64,000 nucleotides of DNA from Takakia lepidozioides (lineage: Eukaryota; Plantae; Bryophyta): contig CM060733.1 of NCBI GenBank assembly GCA_030704615.1, positions 59,272,001 through 59,336,000 on the forward strand, given 5' to 3'. Position numbers and translations under genes: made by a program. Positions within the stretch are counted from its first letter, which is position 1; each line of letters begins with the position of its first letter. The notes under the pieces are model-generated. The model saw only the letters and a list, made by a program, of their open reading frames with translations. It was not told the origin of the DNA and made no database searches. This document shows positions 63,606 through 64,000 of this stretch, one piece after another.

Positions 63606-64000
63606 TCTATATGATAGGCCACGTTGGTGCCATTGCTTTTTAAACTTCATCTTCAAAAACTTCTAGCCACCCTCTCTCACCAGTGTTTTTATTTCTCGCG
63701 AAATGTCGCACTTTTTCGACCCCCCCAAAAAAAAATATATATTCTGTCATAAATTCCTTATTTTCTCATGGATGAAATCGCCAAAATTCTCCAAAAAAAT
63801 ATAAATCTTGGATGAATTCGCCTAATATGGATGAAAGTATAGAAGAGGATGATTCTGTCCAAATTTCAGTGGATGAACAGAAAATATGGCTATTTCCTGC
63901 AAAACTCAGTAGCCACTCCTGTTATTTTCCAAATTTGAAAAACAAAACACTGTCTCTCTGTCACCGCCATCTCTCACCCATCTCTGGAGAGCGTTGACTG

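Overview
A eukaryotic, TE-dense window, probably from an early-diverging land plant or streptophyte (inferred from GT-AG introns, TTTAGGG-like motifs and element types; the species cannot be identified). It contains almost no intact host genes. (1) 1-13 kb: decayed ParB/Srx-like, GCM-like/SWIM and Sola2-type DDE transposase genes, a ~61-bp satellite and an array of 11 palindromes. (2) 13.7-25 kb: a palindromic satellite interrupted by a TTAA-flanked piggyBac-like non-autonomous element, which is itself interrupted by a Ty3/Gypsy element (14789-23368, minus). (3) A second, diverged Ty3/Gypsy element (27446-37089, plus). Both carry a DNMT3-like cytosine methyltransferase between protease and RT, and a PHD finger after integrase. 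Both also share a non-canonical permuted-LTR layout (B-internal-PPT-A-AC-B-A, 4-bp TSD, no tRNA PBS, covarying self-complementary primer site). This layout is what integration of a 2-LTR circle opened at an att site inside the LTR would produce, and it is the best candidate for an undescribed system here. (4) A ~24.9-kb CACTA element (38350-63227) with TnpD, a SET-domain cargo and a TnpA-like gene. It hosts LINE 3' fragments, hairpin modules and an ~8-kb Penelope-like retroelement with 1.74-kb direct repeats and no visible endonuclease. All calls come from reading motifs by eye; no database searches were run.
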